Shown here: positions 1 to 8,339 of the stretch, in pieces
Layout of the letters: each line of letters starts with the position of its first letter
How positions within the stretch are numbered: position 1 is the first letter of the stretch
Source of the DNA: a virus
Taxonomy: Duplodnaviria > Caudoviricetes
Length of the DNA stretch: 25,074 nt
Reading direction: 5' to 3' (one strand)
Virus record (IMG/VR): IMGVR_UViG_3300037440_000020
Location: 1 to 25,074 of that record
Translations under genes and position numbers: made by a program
Notes under the pieces: model-generated
What the model saw: the letters and a program-made list of their open reading frames with translations, nothing else
The model's database searches: none
What the model was told of the DNA's origin: nothing

Positions 1-797
1 TCTCTCATCCGTCTGAATTAGAAAAGATCATCAAGAGTCATTTCTCAGTCATCTCTGACCAAGAACCCCTCCTTGATATTACTGTCCCTGAGAATGAGGT
101 AGAGAAGTGGATTACTAAGCAAGCTAAAGAATTGAAGTATAGTAGAGGTGAGATCCTAAATAGATATAGCTTTACTTTAGATCGTAATGATCGCCTAGAC
201 AGAAATTTCTATCATGTGACTGAGAACGGAAAGACGATCAAATACGACAACAAGATCGGTAACTTTAATTCGTTCAATATCGTCCACAAGAGTAAGAACG
301 GATATGCCCATGTCTCTCCCTCATATACAGGTAGATATGATTGTAAGTACATGGACTTCTTAGATGTAGATATCTGTGGATATATATCACAACCCCAGAA
401 GAAGTTTGACGGATCAGATGATACGGATGGTTTTGCCGAGAAGGTAGTTTCAGAGTTCTCTTATAATCTGGATAAGATTTATTTCGATGGTGAGACGACT
501 GTCCAGACTAATGAGTTCCAAAAGGATTTCAGAAATGGGACAGCCACTTTATCTCAATTGAATTCTCTCGAAGAACTCCCGAATGCGATGAATAAGTTTA
601 CAAGATTAAAAGAAAAGTATCCTCATTTGGCTTTTAGAAGTACTGTACTTGAGGTAATCAAAAAGGATAATAAAAATAAAAAAGAAAATGACACCTCAAG
701 ATACTACGCCGCAACAACAGGACAACCAATCCAATGGATTAACAATCCTGGCGATTTCATCGGAGAACCAGGAATCGTCTTCCGAGACGAATTCTAA
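1..797 (+). CDS. Hypothetical phage protein, 5'-truncated by the window edge
   Basis: The frame of ORF 132..797 is open back to position 3 (SHPSELEKIIKSHFSVISDQEPLLDITVPENEVEKWITKQAKELKY...), so TTG132 is probably internal. No family motif recognised. Confidence 0.7.
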   Translation, partial: SHPSELEKIIKSHFSVISDQEPLLDITVPENEVEKWITKQAKELKYSRGEILNRYSFTLDRNDRLDRNFYHVTENGKTIKYDNKIGNFNSFNIVHKSKNGYAHVSPSYTGRYDCKYMDFLDVDICGYISQPQKKFDGSDDTDGFAEKVVSEFSYNLDKIYFDGETTVQTNEFQKDFRNGTATLSQLNSLEELPNAMNKFTRLKEKYPHLAFRSTVLEVIKKDNKNKKENDTSRYYAATTGQPIQWINNPGDFIGEPGIVFRDEF

Positions 798-1629
798 GAC
801 TATCGATACGGTAATTCCTGATATCGAAAAACTCCTCGTGTCAGGTATCGATATCCCAGAAGAAAAACTTCAAGCATTCGGAATCAATTTGGCCATGAGC
901 ATCGCTGAAAGTCTCTCCAAGAGAGAACGAAAAGCCTCACTCCGAATGTCAAATATTGGTAAGCCTTGTGAACGCCAATTACATTATGAAGTCAACTCTC
1001 CCGATCTAGCAGAAGAAATGCGACCAGAGACTTATATGAAGTTCATGTATGGTCATCTGGTTGAAGAATTAGTCCTCTTTTTAGCAGAGCTTGCAGGACA
1101 TGAAGTCACGGGTCGTCAAGACACACAAGAAATCGAAGGTATCGAAGGCCATAGAGACGCGCTCGTTGATGGGACGCTTGTGGATGTTAAATCCGCGTCA
1201 TCCTATTCGTTTAAGAAGTTTCAATCAGGATTACCTAAAGATAATGATCCCTTCGGGTATATACCGCAACTCCAATCTTATCTCTACGCGGGCCAGGAGG
1301 ACTCAAAGGTCACGGACAAGGATAGGGCTGCGTTTCTCGTGGTCGATAAGACGTTGGGGCACATCTGTCTTGACATACACCAAAAGGATGAGACTGACTG
1401 GCCGGAGTTTTTTAACAAGAAGAAAGAGATGATTGCAGGGGAATTACCCCCTCGTGGTTATGAGTCTGAACCTATGGGTTCTTCAGGTAACAGGATGCTC
1501 GGCTTCAATTGCTCTTATTGCCAGTTTTCCAAAGCATGTTGGCCTGAACAAAGAACCTTCCTCTACGCTAATAAGCCTATTACTCTTGTGGAAGTCGTCC
1601 TCGAACCAAGAGTTCAAGAATTAAAATGA
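688..1629 (+). CDS. Cas4-like PD-(D/E)XK exonuclease with probable 4Fe-4S cysteines
   Basis: LRMSNIGKPC-x-RQLHY N-terminal motif, GH..EE, GHRDAL, DVKS, Y-x-x-QL-x-x-Y, and C-terminal CSYC-x5-CW. This is typical of phage RecB/Cas4-family nucleases. Confidence 0.85.
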   Translation: MTPQDTTPQQQDNQSNGLTILAISSENQESSSETNSKTIDTVIPDIEKLLVSGIDIPEEKLQAFGINLAMSIAESLSKRERKASLRMSNIGKPCERQLHYEVNSPDLAEEMRPETYMKFMYGHLVEELVLFLAELAGHEVTGRQDTQEIEGIEGHRDALVDGTLVDVKSASSYSFKKFQSGLPKDNDPFGYIPQLQSYLYAGQEDSKVTDKDRAAFLVVDKTLGHICLDIHQKDETDWPEFFNKKKEMIAGELPPRGYESEPMGSSGNRMLGFNCSYCQFSKACWPEQRTFLYANKPITLVEVVLEPRVQELK

Positions 1630-1961
1630 CACTTACTCCAGAAGAGAAGAAAGAGAAAGCCCGATGGGCTAGAATATTAAAAGTCTACGGGTTAACACAA
1701 AAAAAATATTATGAACTTGATTTAGGGTATTGCCCTATTTGTCTTAGAAATTGGGGTGGCACTGTTCAACCTGTAATAGATCATGATCATGTTGAAAAAT
1801 TAGTGCGCGGCTTGGTTTGTAGATACTGCAACCATCGTCGTATCGGTCATCACCGTGATGCTGATTTAGTTGAACGTATCGCGAAATACCTTAGGGGTCC
1901 TTTCACACTTGTGATGCCACCTAAGAAGAAAAAAGTCAGAAAAAGAAAGAAAAAGAATTGA
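1626..1961 (+). CDS. Endonuclease VII-like (recombination/Holliday junction) nuclease
   Basis: YGLT..Y, CPIC, VIDHDH, VRGLVCRYCN motifs; ATGA overlap with the upstream gene. Confidence 0.88.
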   Translation: MTLTPEEKKEKARWARILKVYGLTQKKYYELDLGYCPICLRNWGGTVQPVIDHDHVEKLVRGLVCRYCNHRRIGHHRDADLVERIAKYLRGPFTLVMPPKKKKVRKRKKKN

Positions 1962-2173
1962 CAGAAAATATCATAGTAACAGTCCTAAGATTTGAAAACG
2001 GACAAGATCAATTATTTGATAATCTCTATCGTGGAGATTCTTGGGAGTTCTCTAGAGAGAAGGATGATTATCCTATTGTGAATATCGTGAGTGACGGAAA
2101 AGTAATAGCATCTCATCGCTCGTGGGATAACGTCAGATTTGGTGATGCGTTAATTCAGGAACTAATGGCTTGA
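1958..2173 (+). CDS. Hypothetical protein (71 aa)
   Basis: TTGA overlaps at both ends; fills the gap in a tightly coupled operon. Confidence 0.7.
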   Translation: MTENIIVTVLRFENGQDQLFDNLYRGDSWEFSREKDDYPIVNIVSDGKVIASHRSWDNVRFGDALIQELMA

Positions 2174-2931
2174 GTATTCATCTTATCCTTCCCGATCCGC
2201 ACGCCCATGCAGACCATAACAACGACAGGGCTGATTGGGTCGGAAAATTGATGGTCGACTTGAAACCTGATGTCTTTGTCAATCTCGGAGATCAGTGGGA
2301 CCTTCCTGCCTTCTCAGGGTATGACAAGGGTAAGGCTTCATTCCAAGGTCGGGCTTACCGAAGAGATTTAAACGCCGGGTTAGACTTCTCAGAACGACTT
2401 TGGGCACCCATCCGAAAGGCAAAGAAGAAGAAACCCTTTTCTGTGTTTCTCGAAGGTAATCATGAAGAGAGGATGGCTCGTGTATTAAATCAGTCCTCCG
2501 AACTCGAAGGCACTATTGGTTTTAAAGATTTTGATTTAGATAGGGATTATGATGAGATCGTTCGTTACAAAGGTCAAACTCCTGGATCGATTACTATCGA
2601 TGGTATTACTTATGCTCACTACCTTGTTACTGGGGTTAGTGGTCGTAATGTCGGTGGGGAGCATCCTGCCTATTCCCTCCTTACAAAACATTTTAGCTCC
2701 GTCACTTGTGGTCACATCCATACTTTCGATTATAGTGTCAGGACTGACAGTAATGGTCGTCGGCTTCATGGCCTTGTGGCCGGAGTCTACCAAGATTACG
2801 ACGCAGACTGGGCAGGAGAAATGTGTAAGCTCTGGTCAAGAGGAGTAGTCATCAAGAGGGAAGTCAATAATGGTGATTATTCGCTTCAATGGATAAGTCT
2901 TCAAGAGCTTAAAAAAGAATATGGGTCTTAA
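2170..2931 (+). CDS. Calcineurin-like metallophosphoesterase
   Basis: All five metal-binding motifs are present: DPH, GDQWD, GNHE, AH and GHIH. Confidence 0.9.
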   Translation: MSIHLILPDPHAHADHNNDRADWVGKLMVDLKPDVFVNLGDQWDLPAFSGYDKGKASFQGRAYRRDLNAGLDFSERLWAPIRKAKKKKPFSVFLEGNHEERMARVLNQSSELEGTIGFKDFDLDRDYDEIVRYKGQTPGSITIDGITYAHYLVTGVSGRNVGGEHPAYSLLTKHFSSVTCGHIHTFDYSVRTDSNGRRLHGLVAGVYQDYDADWAGEMCKLWSRGVVIKREVNNGDYSLQWISLQELKKEYGS

Positions 2932-3397
2932 ATATGTGATCAAATGTCGTTGGTGTAAAGAGGTAAAAGAAACTTTTCATTTCAAAAAGAGAAAAGGAAG
3001 ATCAGAAAATTCTTTTTATTTGATTTGTGATGAGTGTCAAAAAGATAAAAGTAAAACTTTATACCAAACAATAAAGAAATCAAAACCCTTCGATTTAAAA
3101 GCTTATGCAATTAAAGCTAAATGTACTCAATTTAATATCCCATATGATTTAGATGGAGAATATTTAAAAAATATTTGGAATGGTAAGTGTGCAATTTCAG
3201 GGATTGATCTAGAACTGTATTCAGACAGACGGTTGCCGATAGCTGCTGAAGTAGACAGAACGATCCCTGAACTTGGCTATACAAAAGGTAATGTTGCTTG
3301 GGTCTCAAGAAGAATGAATAGACTCAAAGATAATGCAACAATAAAAGAATTACAATTAGTAATCGATTACCTGAAGGATAAATTAAATGGCAAGTGA
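2921..3397 (+). CDS. Putative HNH/His-Me-finger homing-type endonuclease with N-terminal Zn-binding domain
   Basis: CRWC...CDEC, then CAISG, EVDR-x-IP-x-x-GY-x-KGNV-x-WVS-x-x-x-N-x-x-K. Visibly more AT-rich than its neighbours. Confidence 0.75.
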   Translation: MGLKYVIKCRWCKEVKETFHFKKRKGRSENSFYLICDECQKDKSKTLYQTIKKSKPFDLKAYAIKAKCTQFNIPYDLDGEYLKNIWNGKCAISGIDLELYSDRRLPIAAEVDRTIPELGYTKGNVAWVSRRMNRLKDNATIKELQLVIDYLKDKLNGK

Positions 3398-3572
3398 CGA
3401 GGACAGGGAGAGGCACAATAGACGTCGTAAGAAAAACTCTTACGCGAAGATTTTGTTCGATCCGAATGAATTCAAAGGTGCCTTTTCAATGAAGGTCATA
3501 GAACCTAAAAACAAATATAAGAGAGAGAAACTCTCGATAGAGAATTTAGAAGTGGAAGATGAAGAGGAATGA
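3387..3572 (+). CDS. Hypothetical charged protein (61 aa)
   Basis: ATG preceded by AAGGA; ATGA-coupled to the next ORF. Confidence 0.7.
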   Translation: MASDEDRERHNRRRKKNSYAKILFDPNEFKGAFSMKVIEPKNKYKREKLSIENLEVEDEEE

Positions 3573-3739
3573 ATGAAGATATATTGGAGAAAATTTTAGA
3601 CGAATATCTAGAAAATAAATCTTTCGAAGAGTTTTTAGAAGAGTTTAATTTAACACCTTTAGAGGTACTCATCTGTATCTATGAAAACGGGTTAGTCGAT
3701 GACTCGGAACTAGAGAGGATGATACCGTCTGATGTATGA
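3569..3739 (+). CDS. Small acidic hypothetical protein (56 aa), absent from the ORF track
   Basis: Hand translation: MNEDILEKILDEYLENKSFEEFLEEFNLTPLEVLICIYENGLVDDSELERMIPSDV*. ATGA overlap with the upstream stop; exactly fills the gap. Confidence 0.75.
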   Translation: MNEDILEKILDEYLENKSFEEFLEEFNLTPLEVLICIYENGLVDDSELERMIPSDV

Positions 3740-3923
3740 TGCCGTAGGAGCTTATCAAGTCGGTGTGGACTTTGAGTTTTTAGAGTCTACGTTGACAGAC
3801 CGAGGAATAATGGAACAGTCGCTGGGAATTAATCAATTCCTTAAAATTAAAGACGTCACATATGTACCAGATAGAAAAGTGGTCATTTTTGATTGTGACG
3901 TATTCGAACATCTGTTGAACTAA
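3732..3923 (+). CDS. Hypothetical protein (63 aa)
   Basis: Overlaps the end of the upstream ORF; GAGAGGA lies upstream; fills the gap. Confidence 0.6.
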   Translation: MYDAVGAYQVGVDFEFLESTLTDRGIMEQSLGINQFLKIKDVTYVPDRKVVIFDCDVFEHLLN

Positions 3924-3953
3924 GCTATGAGCATAGCAAATTAGGAGAATACT

Positions 3954-4472
3954 ATGCCACTCAAAAATCTATTAATGTATAGGCTCTTCATTACCAATGG
4001 TGTCGGCCTAGCGACTGTCGTTCTACTCTGGTTCCTCGGTTATGTACAACAAGCGATCCAAGGAGATCAGACCCATCTGATTTATTTGATTACTGCTGTG
4101 TTTCTTTTTGGTGTCGTAAGTACCTTTCATAGAGCCAGTAAGGTATCTAAACTTATGGATTCATTTAAATCAGGATTACCTGTCAGTAAGGTAAACTCTA
4201 CGAAGTTCTTAGTCAAGAGTTCACATCTAGATGATATTCCTGAAATCCTTGCTGGTCTAGGCTTACTTGGAACTCTTATGGGATTTGTTCTAGGGTTTGC
4301 TGGTGTGACTGATCTCGATAAAGACAGCGCCGTCATCCTTGCTGGATTCTCTACAGCTATTTGGACTACGATTACAAGTACCTTCCTTTTTATCTGGACA
4401 TTGATCAACAAGAGAATCCTTTTTACGACATCAGTATCTCTTCTTGAGGATGTCAATAATGAACGCCGTTAA
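3954..4472 (+). CDS. MotA/TolQ/ExbB proton-channel family membrane protein
   Basis: SD AGGAG; about 4 hydrophobic helices. LGLLGTLMGF matches the ExbB/TolQ GLLGTVxGI helix, and GFSTAIWTT matches the G-x-x-x-AL-x-x-T helix. Confidence 0.8.
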   Translation: MPLKNLLMYRLFITNGVGLATVVLLWFLGYVQQAIQGDQTHLIYLITAVFLFGVVSTFHRASKVSKLMDSFKSGLPVSKVNSTKFLVKSSHLDDIPEILAGLGLLGTLMGFVLGFAGVTDLDKDSAVILAGFSTAIWTTITSTFLFIWTLINKRILFTTSVSLLEDVNNERR

Positions 4473-5004
4473 TATCGCATTTAAAGACTTCCTATTCATT
4501 CTGGTCTTCATCCTCATGATGTTGATCAATCCACCCAAGAAGACCTCTAATACTGAAGAGATCAAGACCCCTGGGAATATGACGATGACTATCGTCTGGG
4601 ATCAAGGGAATTATGATGTCGATCTTTGGATGCTTGGACCTGCTGAAGAGAAAGCAATCGGTTTCAGACATAAGAATGGTGTCTATATAGACTTACTCCG
4701 AGATGACACCGGGAATAATGATAATCTGAATTTTAACTATGAAAATGCCTTTAGTAGAGGATTAAACGAAGGTGAGTATGTCATTAATGCACATTGTTTT
4801 AGATGTACTAAACCAGTCAAGATCAATATAGAAGTCAAGGCGTTTCGAAATGGAACTCCCTCAATAATCTTTGAGGGTAATCTAGAATTGAATTTTGATA
4901 AGGAGGAGAAGACGGCAGTCGTATTTAAACTAGACAAGAAGGGGTATTTGATCACAAGATCAGTCCATCATGTCTTTACACCCATCGTGACTAGGAGAGA
5001 TTGA
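4459..5004 (+). CDS. ExbD/MotB-like single-TM protein with membrane Asp and a YfaP/DUF2135-like soluble domain
   Basis: Likely start ATG4459 (GAGGA upstream). NIAFKDFLFILVFILMMLINPP resembles the ExbD PFIDVMLVLLIIFM helix. The soluble part has W...DVDLW..GP, L.RDD.G, N.EN and GEY.IN.H motifs. Confidence 0.65.
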   Translation: MNAVNIAFKDFLFILVFILMMLINPPKKTSNTEEIKTPGNMTMTIVWDQGNYDVDLWMLGPAEEKAIGFRHKNGVYIDLLRDDTGNNDNLNFNYENAFSRGLNEGEYVINAHCFRCTKPVKINIEVKAFRNGTPSIIFEGNLELNFDKEEKTAVVFKLDKKGYLITRSVHHVFTPIVTRRD

Positions 5005-5465
5005 TGTTATATATCATAATGACGTGGTTTGTACTCACATTGATCTTTGCTGGTGTCTCTTACTTCGCGATTTGGTCTAGAGATCCACTAGGAAATAAAA
5101 GTAGACGGAACTCAGTCCTCTCTTTCTTCACAGGGTCGATACTGTCTTTCGTGTTAATCTGGTTTGCCGCCGGGTGGTCTACTCCTTGTTATCAGTTAAA
5201 AGCTACTTTACCACATATTAAGACGTTTCCACTGATCAGTGCATACGCCATCCCAGATGAAGCCATCTATTTATATGTTCAAACTCCGTTAGGACCAAGA
5301 GGTTGTTATCTCCCTTGGAGTAATGAACAATCTAATAAGATGGATAAAAATGAACGAGATGGTAAGAAATCAGAATTAAATGTGGGTGAGTTCTTCGCTG
5401 GAGAACCAAACATCCAAGAAATTCCAATCAAACCTGAACCTCCAAAGGAGAATAGTAATGATTAA
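5004..5465 (+). CDS. Two-TM membrane protein with soluble C-terminal domain
   Basis: TGATG coupling and SD AGGAG; two N-terminal hydrophobic segments; AIYLYV...PR..YLPWS; Pro/Glu-rich tail. Confidence 0.75.
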   Translation: MLYIIMTWFVLTLIFAGVSYFAIWSRDPLGNKSRRNSVLSFFTGSILSFVLIWFAAGWSTPCYQLKATLPHIKTFPLISAYAIPDEAIYLYVQTPLGPRGCYLPWSNEQSNKMDKNERDGKKSELNVGEFFAGEPNIQEIPIKPEPPKENSND

Positions 5466-5916
5466 ACTGTTTGCACAGCAAATTAAGTTTATTTCAAGTA
5501 TCATGATCCTCCTCGCTTTGACTTTCGGGGCTAACGCTAAAGTCCCAGAGATCGATCCAGGTGGCTCTATCTTTGAACGTTTTGAACTGATGAAGATCAT
5601 CGATAGAGCAGGCGTGGAATACCATATCAATGGTGTTTGTATCTCTGCCTGTACTCTCTTCCTAGGGCTTGAGAAGGTCTGTATGGAACCACGATCTCTT
5701 TTGATGTTCCATTCTGCATCGTCTCCTGACGCAAACGGTAATTTAATCCTTTCAGAAGAGGGAAATATGATTGCTAGACTTGTTTACCCTCAGAGAATTC
5801 TAGAGTGGATTGACAAGAAGAAGGCATTAGCTACTATCAAGTTGACACCTATGACTTCTGACGAGGCTTGGTCTTTGGGTGTAAAGAAGTGTGACGAACA
5901 AGGAAAAACAAATTGA
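5458..5916 (+). CDS. Secreted ClpP/crotonase-fold putative serine protease
   Basis: Likely start ATG5458 (SD AAGGAG); signal-peptide-like N-terminus ending A-N-A. DPGG (cf. ClpP SPGG), CISAC (nucleophile Ser position), MFH (catalytic His position), MTSDEAWSLG (cf. MSAxEAxxYG). Confidence 0.65.
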   Translation: MIKLFAQQIKFISSIMILLALTFGANAKVPEIDPGGSIFERFELMKIIDRAGVEYHINGVCISACTLFLGLEKVCMEPRSLLMFHSASSPDANGNLILSEEGNMIARLVYPQRILEWIDKKKALATIKLTPMTSDEAWSLGVKKCDEQGKTN

Positions 5917-6215
5917 ATTTTAAAGAATTTTATGACTCAGTAAAAGAGACCGCTCAGTATGACAACGATAAGTACGCTGTTATTTATCCTGCTCTTGGTT
6001 TGGCTGGTGAGACGGGTGAGGCGGTGGATATCATCAAGAAGACCATCAGATACGGCGATAATCCGCGCTCGCTTGGAAAGAGAGAGGAAGCAATGAAGTT
6101 AGAACTCGGGGATGTCCAATGGTACTGGTGTAATCTAGTCCTCGATCTAGGATTCGATCCTGAGGAAATCATGAAAATGAACTATGACAAGCTTCATGAG
6201 AGGTACAAGAAGTGA
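5913..6215 (+). CDS. mazG: MazG-like nucleoside triphosphate pyrophosphohydrolase
   Basis: YPALGLAGETGE...KK, ELGDVQWY and N..KL..R motifs. Confidence 0.9.
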   Translation: MNFKEFYDSVKETAQYDNDKYAVIYPALGLAGETGEAVDIIKKTIRYGDNPRSLGKREEAMKLELGDVQWYWCNLVLDLGFDPEEIMKMNYDKLHERYKK

Positions 6216-6247
6216 GCTGTGTCCCAAGGAACACTAAAGGTGATGAA

Positions 6248-6424
6248 ATGATTAAATTAGAAGTCTCCAGAGATGGGGCGAACAAAAGATACGAGTTAAA
6301 CTTCTCCCAAGGAATTTCTCAGTGGAGTATGTTCCTTTCTGATAACGTCCATAACGATCCGAGGTTATTCTCTGCCTGGATTAAATCACTAGTACAGGAA
6401 GTTCAATATAAGAATGGCAGATAA
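6248..6424 (+). CDS. Hypothetical protein (start GTG6212 or ATG6248)
   Basis: AAGGTGA lies upstream of ATG6248; the ORF overlaps the RNR start. Confidence 0.6.
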   Translation: MIKLEVSRDGANKRYELNFSQGISQWSMFLSDNVHNDPRLFSAWIKSLVQEVQYKNGR

Positions 6425-8339
6425 GTTTAATCCATTTCCGACATTTTATGAAGAATTTATTTATAAGAGCAGATACAGTAGGTGGTTAGAAGACGAGAAG
6501 CGGCGTGAGGACTGGGATGAAACAGTAACACGTTATATGTCATTCCTGTCAGATAAAATCAAATTAGATGACTTTGGTACTCCACTGACGGAATCAAAAA
6601 TCTATGATGAATTATGGAATGCGATCTATAATTTAGATGTGATGCCGAGTATGAGGGCCATGATGACTGCCGGTCCTGCACTCGAACGTGATAACACCGC
6701 TGGTTATAACTGTTCGTATCTTCCTATAGATGATATGAAGTCTTTCGACGAAGCGATGTATATCCTTTTATGTGGTACAGGAGTAGGATTCTCAGTTGAG
6801 CGACAATACATCTCTAAGCTTCCAGAGATTCCAGACCGTCTTTTTGAGAGCGACACAACTGTTGTTGTCAAGGATTCCAAAGAAGGATGGGCAAAAGCAC
6901 TACGACAGGTCATTTCGTTACTCTATTCTGGTGAAATTCCCAAATGGGACGTGTCAAGAGTTCGTCCTGCAGGTGCCAGGCTTAAGACTTTCGGGGGTCG
7001 CGCTTCAGGTCCCGGACCTTTGGAGGATCTATTCCGTTTCGTCATTACTAAGTTTAGAGCTGCATCTGGTCGAAAACTCAATTCAATCGAATGCCACGAT
7101 ATTCTCTGTAAGATTGGAGAGATCGTCGTTGTCGGAGGAGTTCGTCGTTCAGCAATGATCTCATTGAGTAATCTCTCCGATGACCGGATGAGAAAAGCTA
7201 AGTCGGGTAATTGGTGGGAGACAGAACCACAAAGAGCCCTTTCAAATAATAGTATCGCCTATACAGAGAAACCTGACGTAGGTGCATTTTTACAGGAGTG
7301 GTCAAGTCTTTATGAATCAAAATCAGGTGAACGTGGCATCTTTAACAGAGTTGCTTCACGACGCCAAGCGACCAAAAACGGACGACGAGATGCTGATAGA
7401 GATTTTGGAACTAATCCATGTTCTGAAATTATCCTCAGACCATACCAATTTTGCAACCTTACAGAAGTGGTTGTTCGATCCGGTGACACATTTGAGAGTC
7501 TTAAGACTAAGGTCCGCCTTGCTACAATCCTCGGAACATTTCAGTCAACTCTTACTAACTTCCCTTATCTCAGAAAAATCTGGAAAGAAAATACAGAAGA
7601 GGAAAGACTTCTCGGAGTGTCCTTGACAGGTCAATTAGACAACAGGGCTTTCTTTAAAGGGGGGATCAATGAAGAAGAACTCAAAGAGCTGGCTATTCAG
7701 ACGAACAAGGAATGGGCTGGTATACTTGGCATTAATCCCTCTACTGCTATTACTTGTGTTAAGCCTTCTGGGACTGTTTCTCAGTTGGTCAATTCTGCTT
7801 CTGGTCTGCATGGCCGCCATTCCCCTTATTACATTCGTTCGGTAAGGGCAGATAATAAAGATCCGTTGACTCGTTTCATGATTGAATCAGGTATTCCGAA
7901 TGAGCCTGATGTCACAAAGAAGGACAGTACTACCGTCTTTTACTTCCCTATCAAATCACCTTCTGGAAGTGTCATGAGAGATGACCTCTCAGCTATCGAT
8001 CAATTAGAGTATTGGAAAAGAATTCAAGAGAACTGGTGTGAACACAAACCAAGTATTACTGTCACGGTTAAAGAAAATGAATGGCCGGAAGTTGGTGGAT
8101 GGGTCTACAAGAACTTCGACATCATATCAGGTGTTTCATTCCTCCCTCATTCGGACCATACTTATCGACAGGCACCTTATCAGGAATGCACAGAGGAAGA
8201 GTATGAAGTCATGAAGGCAAAGATGCCGAAAGAAATCCGTTGGGAAGATCTCTCGCATTACGAACAAGAAGACAATACGAGTGGGATGCAATCTCTCGCC
8301 TGTAGTGCCGATTCATGTGAAGTGGTGGACATTACTTGA
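6414..8339 (+). CDS. nrdJ: Class II adenosylcobalamin-dependent ribonucleotide reductase (monomeric RTPR type)
   Basis: YNCSY, GTGVGFSVE, VGGVRRSA, GTNPCSEI (thiyl Cys), CNLTE, TCVKPSGTVSQL, EHKPSITV and C-terminal ACSADSC. No radical-generating small-subunit gene is adjacent. Confidence 0.95.
   Translation: MADKFNPFPTFYEEFIYKSRYSRWLEDEKRREDWDETVTRYMSFLSDKIKLDDFGTPLTESKIYDELWNAIYNLDVMPSMRAMMTAGPALERDNTAGYNCSYLPIDDMKSFDEAMYILLCGTGVGFSVERQYISKLPEIPDRLFESDTTVVVKDSKEGWAKALRQVISLLYSGEIPKWDVSRVRPAGARLKTFGGRASGPGPLEDLFRFVITKFRAASGRKLNSIECHDILCKIGEIVVVGGVRRSAMISLSNLSDDRMRKAKSGNWWETEPQRALSNNSIAYTEKPDVGAFLQEWSSLYESKSGERGIFNRVASRRQATKNGRRDADRDFGTNPCSEIILRPYQFCNLTEVVVRSGDTFESLKTKVRLATILGTFQSTLTNFPYLRKIWKENTEEERLLGVSLTGQLDNRAFFKGGINEEELKELAIQTNKEWAGILGINPSTAITCVKPSGTVSQLVNSASGLHGRHSPYYIRSVRADNKDPLTRFMIESGIPNEPDVTKKDSTTVFYFPIKSPSGSVMRDDLSAIDQLEYWKRIQENWCEHKPSITVTVKENEWPEVGGWVYKNFDIISGVSFLPHSDHTYRQAPYQECTEEEYEVMKAKMPKEIRWEDLSHYEQEDNTSGMQSLACSADSCEVVDIT

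Noticed and set aside
688-1629. CRISPR-Cas locus
   Set aside because: No cas1/cas2 and no repeat-spacer array seen in the window.
3954-5004. Zorya (ZorAB) defence system or flagellar MotAB
   Set aside because: The A-like protein lacks the long ZorA cytoplasmic tail, the B-like protein has no OmpA-type peptidoglycan-binding motif, and no zorC/D/E or flagellar genes are present.
6414-8339. Intein or group I intron in nrdJ
   Set aside because: The ORF is continuous at 641 aa with catalytic motifs at normal-looking spacing and no intein or endonuclease insert.
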